From contig CBDFLQ010000005.1 of assembly GCA_965249275.1 (NCBI GenBank), positions 544,001 to 608,000 of the forward strand: a stretch of 64,000 nt of DNA, given 5' to 3'. Shown here piece after piece: positions 9,415 through 19,335 of this stretch. How positions within the stretch are numbered: position 1 is the first letter of the stretch; each line of letters opens with the position of its first letter. The notes under the pieces were generated by a model that was not told the DNA's origin, made no database searches, and saw only the letters and a program-made list of their open reading frames with translations. The translations under genes were made by a program, and so were the position numbers. The DNA comes from Dehalococcoidia bacterium (lineage in GTDB: Bacteria > Chloroflexota > Dehalococcoidia > Plut-88900).

Positions 9415-10410
9415 TCATGCAAAGGTCTCGAAGAGGGGTATGACCTCTTCTCCGAAGAGCTGAATCTGCTCCTGCATTTCGGGGAAGGTGTCGACGGCGA
9501 AGTCCTGAATAATGATGTGGTCGATTCCTTCCCGGCAGATGTTCCGTATCTGCTCGGCGACTTCGGATGGGGTGCCGACGCACCTGGTGAATCGGTAGGA
9601 TTTGCTGCCCAGGCCACGGGGCCCGTTCATGAGCAGGCTGTTTTGGAACCTGTCGACGGCCTTTTCGTGGGTAGGGTCAACTCTAAGGGCTATGGTGTGG
9701 GCCATTTCCAGGGTGGAGGGGTCTCGGCCTGCGTTTTCGGCGAGGCGCTTGACGGTTTCAATGCGCTCGCCGAGGGTCTGATCCCCCACGTTAGTTAGCA
9801 TCCAGCCCGTGCCCCATTTGACCACGCGCTCCGGGGTCTTGGGCCCCGTGCCCGTGATGTATATGGGGAGGGGGTCCTGGAGGGGTTTGGGGTGCAGGGA
9901 GATATCTTCGAACCCATAGTGCTTGCTGGAGAAGCTCGCGGGATCTTGGGTGAATATCGCGTGTAGGGCTTCAAGGGCCTCTTCGAACATCTCGCCGCGG
10001 TGGGCGTGTTTCTGGCGGGGCTTCACGTTGACGAATTCGTCGCGGTAGTGGCCGATTCCTACAGCCAATGACACTCGGCCCTTGCTGAATACATCCAGAG
10101 TCGCGACCTGCTTGGCGAGGGCCACGGGCTCACGCTGGGGCAGGGTGAGGGCGGCGACCCCGAGCCTGATACACTTTGTTACAGCGGCAGCGCTGGCAAG
10201 GGTGATGAGAATTTCGTAGACGTTAGGAGGCTGGTCGTAGCGATAGCGGGCGCCCCTTGGGGTGTTGAGGTGGTCGTTGCCCCAGGCGGAATAGAAGCCG
10301 AGGGACTCGGCTTGGGGGAACAGGCCAATGATCTGCTCCGGGGTCGAGAAGGCGGAGGGTATGTAGATGCCCTCTCGGCCGGCGGGGACCTGGATGCCGA
10401 ACTTCACCAT
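9415..10410 (-). CDS. LLM class (luciferase-like, possibly F420-dependent) oxidoreductase
   Basis: MVKFGI start, AESLGFYSAWGNDH, REPVALAKQVATLDVFSKGR, HPKPLQDP. Confidence 0.9.
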   Translation of the reverse strand: MVKFGIQVPAGREGIYIPSAFSTPEQIIGLFPQAESLGFYSAWGNDHLNTPRGARYRYDQPPNVYEILITLASAAAVTKCIRLGVAALTLPQREPVALAKQVATLDVFSKGRVSLAVGIGHYRDEFVNVKPRQKHAHRGEMFEEALEALHAIFTQDPASFSSKHYGFEDISLHPKPLQDPLPIYITGTGPKTPERVVKWGTGWMLTNVGDQTLGERIETVKRLAENAGRDPSTLEMAHTIALRVDPTHEKAVDRFQNSLLMNGPRGLGSKSYRFTRCVGTPSEVAEQIRNICREGIDHIIIQDFAVDTFPEMQEQIQLFGEEVIPLFETFA

Positions 10411-10574
10411 GAGTTTGTGCCCGTTTCCATTGGGTGGACTAGATAGTAGTATAGCTTTCGGGGGCTGGGAGAGTGGGGGGTTAGGAAGAAGGTGAGGGGG
10501 CAAGTACTAGATTCCTCGCGGAGCCTCGGAATGACAGTGAAAAGGGCCTCGGTTTGACAGGGGAGAGGTGGGGA

Positions 10575-10599
10575 GGGCGACCACGAGAGTCGCTCCTAC
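10575..10599 (-). repeat. GTAG-type REP
   Basis: Reverse complement GTAGGAGCGACTCTCGTGGTCGCCC. Confidence 0.65.
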
Positions 10600-10647
10600 G
10601 GGGAGTGGGAATGGAAGAACGGAAAGAGCACGAATGGAGGGGTAAGA

Positions 10648-11754
10648 ATGAAAAGAATAGAAATGGACTATTCGAAGAGGTGCTGGGAGGAACAGGAGAA
10701 GGTACACAACCGCTGGCACCCGGATATTCCGCCAGCGTTAGAGGTGGAGCCGGAGGAAGAGGTCTACCTGCAGACCAGGGACGCGCTGGATGGACAAATA
10801 ACCCCGGAGTCCACATTGGCAGATGTGCCGGGCATTGACGGCGGTGTCGTGCACCCGATGACAGGGCCCGTGTACGTAAAAGGGGCTAAGCCGGGAGATT
10901 TGCTGGAAATCGAAATCATCGACATAGTGCCTGGGACTTTCGGGTTCACGGGGATACTGCCGCATTTCGGGTTTCTGTCGGACCTGTTTACGGACCCATT
11001 CCTGGTGAAATGGTCGATGGACGGGAAGCACGCGGTGTCGGAGCAGCTGCCGGGGCTGCGGATCCCGGAGGCGTCGTTTATGGGAACAATCGGGGTTGCA
11101 CCGTCAAGGGCAGCTATGGAGGAGTGGCGGGAGAGGGAAGCTCGGGCGGCGGAGGCGGGGGGATTCGCGGAGCCGCCGGACAAGGCGGGGGCGGTGCCGA
11201 CGTGGGAGCCGATAGCTTCGGAGGGGCTGAGGACGATTCCGCCGAGGGAGAACGGCGGCAACATGGATATCAAACAGCTGACCAAAGGCGTTCGGCTACT
11301 GTGTCCGGTGTTTGTGGACGGGGGGATGTTCTCGGCGGGGGACGGGCACTTTGCACAGGGGGACGGAGAGACGTGCGGGACGGCGGTGGAGATGGCTACG
11401 GCGATTCACGCTCGATTTCGGATAAGGGAGGGAGCGGCCGAGAGACGGAACATCCGGTTCCCGATATTCGAAGCGGACAACTACTGGACGTCGCCGGAGA
11501 TGGCGGCGCCCAAGCGGTTCATTGCGACTACAGGGATGCCGATAGAGGATGGTCGGAACGAGTCGGGGAATATAACGTTGGCGACCAGGCAGGCGCTACT
11601 GAACATGATCGGGATAATCATGGAGCGGGGGTACTCCAGGGAGCAGGCGTACTGCATAACGAGCGTGGCGGTCGATTTCAAGGTGAGCGAGGTGGTGGAC
11701 TTGCCGAACGTTTGCGTGTCGGCGTTTCTGCCGTTGGACATATTTGAGGGGTAG
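10648..11754 (+). CDS. Acetamidase/formamidase family protein (copy 1)
   Basis: HNRWHPDIPP, HPMTGPVYVKGA, PPRENGGNMDIK, GDGHFAQGDGE, YSREQAY motifs. Confidence 0.93.
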   Translation: MKRIEMDYSKRCWEEQEKVHNRWHPDIPPALEVEPEEEVYLQTRDALDGQITPESTLADVPGIDGGVVHPMTGPVYVKGAKPGDLLEIEIIDIVPGTFGFTGILPHFGFLSDLFTDPFLVKWSMDGKHAVSEQLPGLRIPEASFMGTIGVAPSRAAMEEWREREARAAEAGGFAEPPDKAGAVPTWEPIASEGLRTIPPRENGGNMDIKQLTKGVRLLCPVFVDGGMFSAGDGHFAQGDGETCGTAVEMATAIHARFRIREGAAERRNIRFPIFEADNYWTSPEMAAPKRFIATTGMPIEDGRNESGNITLATRQALLNMIGIIMERGYSREQAYCITSVAVDFKVSEVVDLPNVCVSAFLPLDIFEG

Positions 11755-11921
11755 GGGGAGAGGCCCCCACCCGGAATCCGCTCGACCCTTCGACCTGGCT
11801 CAGGATGAGCGGATTCTCCCCGCCCTAGGGGTTTTAAGGAGGAAGGTGAATGGGAAGTCCTAGATTCCTCGCGGGGCCGCGGAATAACAGGTAAAAAGAG
11901 TTTTGGAATGGAGAAGGAAAA

Positions 11922-13028
11922 ATGAAGAGCATAGAACTGGATTATTCGAAGAGGTGTGGGGAGGAGCCGGAGAAGGGGCACAATCGCTGGCACCCGGACA
12001 TCCCGCCGGCGCTGGAGGTCGAGCCGGAAGAGGAGGTGTATCTCGAGACCCGGGACGCCTCGGACGGCCAGTGCACCCCCGACTCTACGTCAGAGTCACT
12101 GCTTGGGTTTAGCCGCAATGTGGTGCACCCGCTCACGGGGCCCGTGTACGTGAAGGGCGCCAAGCCCGGCGACCTGCTGGAAATCGACATCATAGACATC
12201 GTGCCCGGTACTTTCGGATTCACGAGCATTAAACCGGGCTTCGGGTTTATTGCCGACCTGTATGGCGAACCGTTCCTGGCGAAATGGTCGATGGACGGGA
12301 AACATGCGGTGTCGGAGCAAATTCCCAACGTGAGGATCCCTGAGGCGTCGTTCATGGGTACCATAGGCGTGGCTCCTTCCAGAGCTTTGATGGAAGCGTG
12401 CCGTGAGAGGGAGGCTCGGGCGGCGGAGGCTGGAGGGACGGCGCTGCCGCCGGAAAAGATTGGAGCGGTGCCTTCCTGGGACCCGGTGGCATCGGAGGGA
12501 CTGAGGACCATGCCGCCCAGGGAGAATGGCGGGAACATGGACATTAAACAGCTGACTCGTGGCGTTCGCCTGCTGTGCCCGGTCTTCGTAGAAGGAGGGT
12601 TGTTCTCGGCGGGGGATGGGCATTTTGCACAGGGGGACAGCGAATGCTGCGGGACGGCGGTCGAGATGTCGGCGGCGATTCATGCCAAGTTCCGGATAAG
12701 AGAGGGAGCAGCAGAGAGGCGTAACATCCGGTTCCCGATATTCGAGTCGGACCAGTACTGGACATCGCCGGAGATGGCGGCGCCGAAACGGTTCATAGCG
12801 ACTACGGGTATGCCGATAGAGGATGGCCGGAACGAGTCCGGTAACGTGACTCTCGCCATGAGACAGGCGCTTCTAAACATGATCAGCCTGCTGATGGAGC
12901 GGGGGTACAGTCGGGAGCAGGCGTACGTAATCTGCAGCGTGGCGGTGGACTTCAAGGTGAGCGAGGTAGTGGACCTGCCAAACGTGTGCGTGTCGGCGTT
13001 TCTGCCGTTGGACATATTTGGGGGGTGA
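11922..13028 (+). CDS. Acetamidase/formamidase family protein (copy 2)
   Basis: 368-aa tandem paralog of 10648..11754 with the same motifs. Confidence 0.93.
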   Translation: MKSIELDYSKRCGEEPEKGHNRWHPDIPPALEVEPEEEVYLETRDASDGQCTPDSTSESLLGFSRNVVHPLTGPVYVKGAKPGDLLEIDIIDIVPGTFGFTSIKPGFGFIADLYGEPFLAKWSMDGKHAVSEQIPNVRIPEASFMGTIGVAPSRALMEACREREARAAEAGGTALPPEKIGAVPSWDPVASEGLRTMPPRENGGNMDIKQLTRGVRLLCPVFVEGGLFSAGDGHFAQGDSECCGTAVEMSAAIHAKFRIREGAAERRNIRFPIFESDQYWTSPEMAAPKRFIATTGMPIEDGRNESGNVTLAMRQALLNMISLLMERGYSREQAYVICSVAVDFKVSEVVDLPNVCVSAFLPLDIFGG

Positions 13029-13059
13029 GGGGGGGAGAGGAATCACCCTCACTAATCGA

Positions 13060-13190
13060 GAGCCCTTTGCGTAACTGCAGATCGCATCTCTGTTGTTCCA
13101 TCCATATGCCCTAACACCCCCCTGCTCATACTTCGAGAGCCTCAGCACGAGCGGCCCCGGCCCCGCCAACACCGGTTATGCAAAGGTCTC
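13060..13190. mobile_element. ~130-bp MITE copy 2, in a REP loop
   Basis: GAGCCCTTTGCGTAAC ... GTTATGCAAAGGTCTC; flanks ATCGA / ATTGA. Confidence 0.82.
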
Positions 13191-13212
13191 ATTGAGGGAG
13201 AAGGGATAGGAC

Positions 13213-13284
13213 GGTACAGACCGGGGACATAGGTAACAGTTGTTCGGGGAGATAGGTAACACATGTTCGGAGACATGGGTAACA
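13213..13284 (+). mobile_element. Orphan IS481-like terminal segment (three 16-bp direct repeats, period 23)
   Basis: GG(G/A)GA(C/G)AT(A/G)GGTAACA at 13223, 13246, 13269; nearly identical to 25073-25123. Confidence 0.6.
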
Positions 13285-13316
13285 GATCGTGGGGTTTTCC
13301 CTGTGAGGGGTGTTCG

Positions 13317-13350
13317 GTAGGGAGGGCGACCAGCCGGTCGCCCTCCCTAC
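13317..13350. repeat. GTAG-type REP palindrome
   Basis: GTAGGGAGGGCGACC-agcc-GGTCGCCCTCCCTAC, perfect 15-bp arms. Confidence 0.75.
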
Positions 13351-13513
13351 CGGTAGAGGGAGGAGTTCGATTGAAGGGTGGGGGGTTTTTGGGTAGAATC
13401 GGGCGGCGGGGGAGCCACTATGGCCCTATCTCTCACGCCTCGGCGTACGCTAAAGGCGCACTTGCAGCATCTACGACTCCTATCAAGGGAGAGGGGATGG
13501 ACGGAGGAAATAA

Positions 13514-14605
13514 TTGAAGTTTGACAGAGTAATTTCGGCGGATTCCCATGTTGTCGAGCCGACGGAGCTGTGGTGGGACGCGATAGGGAAGAAGTTCGGA
13601 GAGCGGACGCCGCGTATCGTCAATGAACACCTGGGGAAGAAGGGCCGTTTCTTCTACACGGGGGCTCAGTATCTGAAGATAGACGAGACCGAGGCCGAGA
13701 TGGCGGATATGGGAGACCTGGTCGACGCGGGCAAGGACCCGGCGAAGCGGGTCAAGTTCCAACAGGAGGCCAAGGTCGAGGCGGAGGTGCTGAACCCGAC
13801 ATTGATGATGCTGGCGATGCAGGGCCGGGACCGGGAAGTGGTAAGGGCGGCGGCGCAGACATATAACGACTGGCTGGCCGAGTTCGTGTCGTACAGTCCC
13901 AAGACGTTGATCGGGATCGGGGCGGTGCCTATGGAGGACGTGGATTGGGGGTTGGCGGAGCTGGAACGGGTATCGAAAAAGGGCCTTAAGGGTGCCATGA
14001 TCAACGTCGTTCCGCCTGAGGGGTCGAAGCCGTACAGGGACAAATACTACGATCCGTTTTGGGCGGCGGCGGAGGACGCAGGGATTTCCATCACTTTGCA
14101 CTCTATAACGGGTCGGGTGCCGGACCCCCTGCACTTCCACACCAGGGAAGACATGGAGAGGGCGCCTAGCACGTGGGTCGATCTGTTCCTGGAGTTGACT
14201 ACTACGCTGGCTGACGACTTCATCTTCGGGCGGATACTAGACCGGTTTCCAAAACTGAAGCTGATCTGCGCCGAGTGGGAGATATCCTGGGTGCCGATGT
14301 TCATGTTCCGGATGGACCAGGTGCAAGGGGCAGCGGCGCACCGGATGCCGATGGAGAAGCTGGACATGCTGGCCAGCGACTACATAAAGAAACGGATGTG
14401 GCACGGGATGATCGATGACCCGTTCGGGCGGGACGCGGTAAATCACATTGGGGCGGACGGGGTGATGTGGGGGTCGGACTTCCCGCATATCCGGTCGATA
14501 GGGCTGGATGCGCATGCTTCACTGGAACGGATATTGGACGGTCTTTCGAGCGAAGACCAGGAGAAGCTGGTCGGGGGGAATGTGGCGAAGGTGCACGGGT
14601 TGTAG
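13514..14605 (+). CDS. Amidohydrolase_2 family protein (paralog 6)
   Basis: ISADSHVVEP, TYNDW, ITLH, AEWEISW, WGSDFPH; TTG start after GGAGG. Confidence 0.9.
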   Translation: MKFDRVISADSHVVEPTELWWDAIGKKFGERTPRIVNEHLGKKGRFFYTGAQYLKIDETEAEMADMGDLVDAGKDPAKRVKFQQEAKVEAEVLNPTLMMLAMQGRDREVVRAAAQTYNDWLAEFVSYSPKTLIGIGAVPMEDVDWGLAELERVSKKGLKGAMINVVPPEGSKPYRDKYYDPFWAAAEDAGISITLHSITGRVPDPLHFHTREDMERAPSTWVDLFLELTTTLADDFIFGRILDRFPKLKLICAEWEISWVPMFMFRMDQVQGAAAHRMPMEKLDMLASDYIKKRMWHGMIDDPFGRDAVNHIGADGVMWGSDFPHIRSIGLDAHASLERILDGLSSEDQEKLVGGNVAKVHGL

Positions 14606-14617
14606 GGGGGAGGGAGT

Positions 14618-14656
14618 CACCCTCACCCTAGCCCTCTCCCGTCAAGGGAGAGGGGA
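14618..14656 (+). repeat. REP-like hairpin, intact (empty target site)
   Basis: TCACCCTCACCCTAG-CCCTCTCCC-GTCAA-GGGAGAGGG. Confidence 0.8.
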
Positions 14657-14680
14657 TTCCGAAGGATAGGAGAAAAAGAG

Positions 14681-15658
14681 ATGGGTGAAAAGAGTGTGAT
14701 GTTCAGGCCTCGGAGGTTGGGACATGCGAATTTGTTTGTTGGGGAGCTTGAACGCTCGATGGAGTTTTACACGAAGGTGTGCGGGCTCAGCGAGGTGTTC
14801 CGGGAGCCGCCGATCAAGGCAGGGTTTTTGAGCAACGGAAGTTCGCACCACGACGTGGCCCTGATCGAGATATCGGCGAGGGCGCGGAAGGCCGGGGATG
14901 GGTCGAGCCTGATATCGGAGAAGCGAGGCATGAGGCCTGGGCTGAACCACTTTGGGTGGGAGATGGAGAACGAGCTCGTGTTGCTGGAGGCTTATGAGCG
15001 GGCGCTGGAGTCGGGGCTGCCGATCCACAGGACGGCGGACCACCAAGTGTCGCACAGCGTTTATCTATTTGACCCTGAGGGCAACTACCACGAGTTCTAC
15101 GCTGATGCCGCCAAGGACTGGCGAGAAGTGTGGCGAGACGGGAATACGGAGGTGTTGACGGTCAAGTGGACACCGCAGACGGCAGAGCGAAGCACGGCCG
15201 CAAGGTACGCTGTAGACCCCAACCTCGTGCCTAACCCTGGAGCGATAATACCGAGCAGACAGGTGGGACACGGAGCGATTGTGGCCCAAAACTACGAGGG
15301 ACTGGTGGACTTCTACAAGGACGTGGCAGGGCTGGAAGTTGCTCACGCGGGGGCGGATGGGTCTTATACCGTGTTCACGGGTCCCCTGGACAGGCATGAC
15401 CTGGTGATACTGCCTTTGACTGAGGGCCGAGAGCCGGGGATGCACCATGTCGGGTTTGAGTTGAAGAGCGAGGAGGAAGTGGAAGCGGCGGAGGCAGCGG
15501 TGAGGGCCAAGGGCATAGAGCCGGAGGTTAGCATCGACTCGTCGACGAAGAGGAGTTTCTTCCTGCTGGACCCGGACGGGTTACGACTGGAATTCTATGT
15601 GTCGAGGGATGGGGATTGGGAGGAGGTGTCGGGGGTGGATGTTGCGTATCAGTTGTAG
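14681..15658 (+). CDS. Two-domain VOC family protein (extradiol dioxygenase-like)
   Basis: LGHANLFV, HHDVAL, LNHFGW, HSVYLFDPEGNYHEFY; second domain MHHVGF, DPDGLRLEFY. Confidence 0.85.
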   Translation: MGEKSVMFRPRRLGHANLFVGELERSMEFYTKVCGLSEVFREPPIKAGFLSNGSSHHDVALIEISARARKAGDGSSLISEKRGMRPGLNHFGWEMENELVLLEAYERALESGLPIHRTADHQVSHSVYLFDPEGNYHEFYADAAKDWREVWRDGNTEVLTVKWTPQTAERSTAARYAVDPNLVPNPGAIIPSRQVGHGAIVAQNYEGLVDFYKDVAGLEVAHAGADGSYTVFTGPLDRHDLVILPLTEGREPGMHHVGFELKSEEEVEAAEAAVRAKGIEPEVSIDSSTKRSFFLLDPDGLRLEFYVSRDGDWEEVSGVDVAYQL

Positions 15659-15697
15659 GGGATGAATTCACGTCTCAGCACATCTACAACCCTTCAA

Positions 15698-15830
15698 AGG
15701 ACCTATGCGTAACTGCTGATCACGCCAGTGGTGCCATCTAGATCATCTTACCTCCCTCCCCCCGCTCATACTTCGAGAGCCTCAGCACGAGCGGCCCCGA
15801 CCCCTCCAACGCAGGTTATGCAAAGGTAAC
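15698..15830. mobile_element. ~130-bp MITE copy 3
   Basis: AGGACCTATGCGTAAC ... GTTATGCAAAGGTAAC; interior nearly identical to copy 1. Confidence 0.8.
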
Positions 15831-15855
15831 GTCTAGGGAGGGGGGATAGGACGAT

Positions 15856-16878
15856 ATGAACATATCGAATGTTATAAGCAGTGTTGAGGCACATGCCGCC
15901 GGGTGTCCCCTGAGGGTGATAACCGGCGGTTTTCCTATGATTCCCGGCGAGTCGGTGGTGGAGAAGACCCAGTACCTGCGGGACGAGATGGACCATCTTC
16001 GGACGGCGGTGCTGTTCGAGCCTCGGGGACACAGCGGAATGTGTGCGACGGTGATAACGGAACCTTCGATGCCGGGGGCCGACGTGGGGATGATCATCCT
16101 GGAGCCGCAGGGATACGTGCCTATGTGCGGCCACTGCACTATAGCGACATGCACCGTGCTGGTGGAGACGGGCATGGTGGAAGTGCAAGAGCCGGTAACC
16201 AGGATAAACCTGGAGACGCTGGCGGGGCTCATCGAGGCGCGGGTGCTGGTGGAGGGGGGAAGGGCGAAATCGGTGACAATCCAGAATGTGCCGGCGTTTC
16301 TGTATGAGAAGGATGTGAGTGTAAACACGAGGGAGTTTGGCGAGGTCGTGCTGGACGTGGCTTATGGGGGGATGTACTACCTGCTCGTGGCTGCGGAGTC
16401 GGTGGGGCTGACACTTGGGGAGGGGGAGCTGGAGAAGATCATAGCCTCGGGGATTAGCATAAGGGATGACGCCCTGGAGCAGTTGGAAATAGTGCACCCT
16501 GAGCCGAATGGCCGGGAGCAGTCCTACTTCGGGGGCACGATGCAGGTGCAGTTCTACGGGCCTCCTACCCACCCAGAGGCCAATTCCAAGAATGTCGTGG
16601 TGATACCGCCGGGGAGCATCGACCGGTCGCCGTGCGGGACGGGGACTTGCTCTCGGCTGGCGGTGATGTACTCCGACGGGAAGATAGGCAAGGGTGAAGA
16701 ATTCGTTTACGAAAGCTACATCGGGACGCTGTTCCGGGCTCGGGCGATAGGAGAGACCATGGTCGGGGACTACCCGGCAATAGTGCCTGAGCTGACAGGA
16801 TCGGCATACGTGACTGCGATGCACCAGTTTGTAATAGACCCTGACGACCCGCTAAAGCACGGCTTTTTGATGAGCTGA
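15856..16878 (+). CDS. Proline racemase / hydroxyproline epimerase family
   Basis: EPRGH, MCGH and DRSPCGTGT motifs (both catalytic Cys present). Confidence 0.92.
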   Translation: MNISNVISSVEAHAAGCPLRVITGGFPMIPGESVVEKTQYLRDEMDHLRTAVLFEPRGHSGMCATVITEPSMPGADVGMIILEPQGYVPMCGHCTIATCTVLVETGMVEVQEPVTRINLETLAGLIEARVLVEGGRAKSVTIQNVPAFLYEKDVSVNTREFGEVVLDVAYGGMYYLLVAAESVGLTLGEGELEKIIASGISIRDDALEQLEIVHPEPNGREQSYFGGTMQVQFYGPPTHPEANSKNVVVIPPGSIDRSPCGTGTCSRLAVMYSDGKIGKGEEFVYESYIGTLFRARAIGETMVGDYPAIVPELTGSAYVTAMHQFVIDPDDPLKHGFLMS

Positions 16879-16919
16879 CGGCCGGGTCTCGGGGAGAGGA
16901 GACAAGGGCGAACAGACAG

Positions 16920-17837
16920 ATGAAATTCGGGATATGCTTCGCACAGTACCAGGATGGTGTGCAGGTGCGGGAGTCGGTGCAGCTGGTGGAATCGGTTGGC
17001 TACGACTCCCTGTGGGTGACAGAGAACGTTCACAGCGGACCGGAGGCTTTGGAACCCATGGTGGTCCTGAGCCAATTCGCAGCGTATACGGAGCGGATCA
17101 CGATAGGGCCTGCGGTGGTGCTGCTGCCTCTCCGGAACCCTGTTGGATTCGCACACGCTGTGGCGACGGTCGACCACCTCTCGGAAGGGCGGTTCATACT
17201 TGGGGTTGGGTCGGGGGGGAACGCGGTTGAGGGGTATAAGGCCTACAGTGTGCCCTTGAGCGAGCGGGGCAAGCGGTGCGACGAAACGCTGGAGATAATG
17301 ACCAAGCTTTGGACTGGAGAACCAGTCACCTTTGAAGGGAAGTTCTCGCAGTTTTCGGACTACGCCCTGGGGGCGAGGCCGTATCAGCGACCTTTTCCGC
17401 CGATCTGGGTTGGGGGAGATGCTCCGGCGGTGCTTCGGCGGGCGGGGCGGTGGGGGGACGGGTTCATACCCGCGCACACGGCGCCGGCGGACACGGCGGA
17501 GATGTACGGGAAGATAGAAGGATATCGTCGCGAGTGTGGGAGGGAGTCGAGGGAGTTTGCGAATGGGATTTACCTGTACGTGAACTTCGGGGATTCTGCG
17601 GAGAGTGCACTGGAGGTAGCAAGGGCGACGCTGCTGGCTCGATACACGTACCCGGTTTACCATATCCACGCAGGGGTGAATGCCGTTCTGGGAACGGTGG
17701 AGGAGTGTGTGAGGGTGTTGAAGGAATACGAAGCAGCTGGGGCGACGCACGTTATTCTCGACCCGGTGTGTCCGGCGGGAGAGGTCCCGGCGACGGTGGA
17801 GAAGGTGGCGCGGGAGATAATGCCGCATTTCAAATAG
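16920..17837 (+). CDS. LLM class flavin-dependent oxidoreductase
   Basis: GYDSLWVTE, LPLRNP, ATVDHLSEGRFILGVG, PIWVGG. Confidence 0.92.
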   Translation: MKFGICFAQYQDGVQVRESVQLVESVGYDSLWVTENVHSGPEALEPMVVLSQFAAYTERITIGPAVVLLPLRNPVGFAHAVATVDHLSEGRFILGVGSGGNAVEGYKAYSVPLSERGKRCDETLEIMTKLWTGEPVTFEGKFSQFSDYALGARPYQRPFPPIWVGGDAPAVLRRAGRWGDGFIPAHTAPADTAEMYGKIEGYRRECGRESREFANGIYLYVNFGDSAESALEVARATLLARYTYPVYHIHAGVNAVLGTVEECVRVLKEYEAAGATHVILDPVCPAGEVPATVEKVAREIMPHFK

Positions 17838-17852
17838 CAGAGGTGAATTAAC

Positions 17853-18773
17853 ATGTCAGACATCAAGTTCGGGGTGACTTATTCGGAGCGGGCGGACTTT
17901 ACGGACCTTCCGGCGTACGCTCAAAAGGTTGAAGAGCTGGGGTTAGACTCGATTTGGGTGACGGAGAACATAGGGTCGAGGGCTCCGGCGTTGGAGTGTT
18001 TCACGGCGTTGTCGTTCATGGCGGCCCATACGAGCAAGCTGATGGTGGGAACGTCCGTGATGCTGCTGCCGTTGCGGAACCCTGTGATGGTGGCGCAGAC
18101 GGTGGCGAGCCTGGACATCCTGTCCGGGGGAAGGGCGGTGCTGGGAGTCGGGGTGGGTAATGAAGGGCCCGACTTGAAAGCATACGGGGGCAACGTACGA
18201 CACAGGGCGAGCTGGTCGGACGAGGCGTTGGAGGTGATCAAGAGGTTGTGGACAGAGGATTCGGTGACGTTCCACGGAAAGCATTTTGACCTGGATGAAT
18301 ACCAGTTGGTCCCCAAACCGGTGCAGAAGCCTCACCCTCGGATACATGTCGGGGGAGGAGCGGCGTCGGTGGTGCGGAGGGCGGGCCGTTTCGCCGACTC
18401 ACTAATCCCTGTGAGCAAGACACCGGAGGAAGCAAAGGCGATGTTCGAGCGGGCGGAGGAGCAGGCGCGGGAGTCGGGGCGCGGGGACCCGGAGATGACG
18501 AGGGTGATGCACCTGTTCCTGTGCTTCTCGGGGAGTGCGGAGGAGTCGGCGGAGATAGCGTCGGGGGTGTTTACGCGGAGATATGGGAGTTCGACGACCG
18601 TGCCCGCGGACGCGCCTCATCTGCTGGGAACGGCAGACCAGATGCGGGAGATGCTGCAGGCGTTCGTAGACGTCGGGGTGACGGAGTTTGTGTTGAATGT
18701 CGTGTGTCCGCCGGAAGAGGGGATATCGCAGGTTGAGCGGTTTGCGAAAGAGGTGATGGCGGGGTTTCGGTAG
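17853..18773 (+). CDS. LLM class flavin-dependent oxidoreductase
   Basis: GLDSIWVTE, LPLRNP, ASLDILSGGR, PKPVQKPHP. Confidence 0.92.
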   Translation: MSDIKFGVTYSERADFTDLPAYAQKVEELGLDSIWVTENIGSRAPALECFTALSFMAAHTSKLMVGTSVMLLPLRNPVMVAQTVASLDILSGGRAVLGVGVGNEGPDLKAYGGNVRHRASWSDEALEVIKRLWTEDSVTFHGKHFDLDEYQLVPKPVQKPHPRIHVGGGAASVVRRAGRFADSLIPVSKTPEEAKAMFERAEEQARESGRGDPEMTRVMHLFLCFSGSAEESAEIASGVFTRRYGSSTTVPADAPHLLGTADQMREMLQAFVDVGVTEFVLNVVCPPEEGISQVERFAKEVMAGFR

Positions 18774-18836
18774 GGGGGAGTCAAGTGATGGGGTAGTGTG
18801 ACTGGCAGCAAGTGAGGTGGCTGGTAAGCCGACGCC

Positions 18837-19118
18837 TTAGATCCCTCGCGGGGCCTCGGGATGACATGGGCTAAAGGGACGAGGAGGAAGGGATAGTCGC
18901 TCGAATTCCTGATCGTCCTGGGGCATCTGGAGGAGTAAGTCACTGAAAGTCGGGGCGTTGGCCTTCTCCAGACGGCAGAGGCGCTCGTATTCCTCGGCGG
19001 ACAAAACGACCACGGCGGGTTTCCCCCGACGAGTCACTAACTGAGGCTCGCCTGATAGCGCATCATTGACCAGTGCGCTGAACTTGGTCTCCGCTGTATG
19101 TATATCCCATTGAGTCAT
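18837..19118 (-). CDS. Phd/YefM family antitoxin (orphan)
   Basis: W-x(4)-A-x-TKFSALV..A..GEPQLVTRRGKPAVVVLSAEEYERL. Confidence 0.85.
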   Translation of the reverse strand: MTQWDIHTAETKFSALVNDALSGEPQLVTRRGKPAVVVLSAEEYERLCRLEKANAPTFSDLLLQMPQDDQEFERLSLPPRPFSPCHPEAPRGI

Positions 19119-19272
19119 GGCTTTGTACTGCTAGATTATAAGACACCCGTTTATTGGGGATGAACGTTTCTTAGTATATAGATTCGAGGAGGGAAGGGGA
19201 TGGATTCCGGAGGTTGGGGGCCGGAATGACGGGTGGTAATTCTGTTGCGCCCCTTCCGAGGTGACGGGGAGA

Positions 19273-19297
19273 GGGCAGGCACGAGACCAGCCCCTAC
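19273..19297 (-). repeat. GTAG-type REP
   Basis: Reverse complement GTAGGGGCTGGTCTCGTGCCTGCCC. Confidence 0.65.
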
Positions 19298-19335
19298 GGG
19301 GAATGGGAATAAAGAGGGGCACCCTTACCCGTCGA

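Noticed and set aside
13223-13284. Possible mini CRISPR array
   Set aside because: Repeats are 16 bp with 7-bp spacers, the first spacer recurs at 25099, and there are no cas genes; an IS end fits better.
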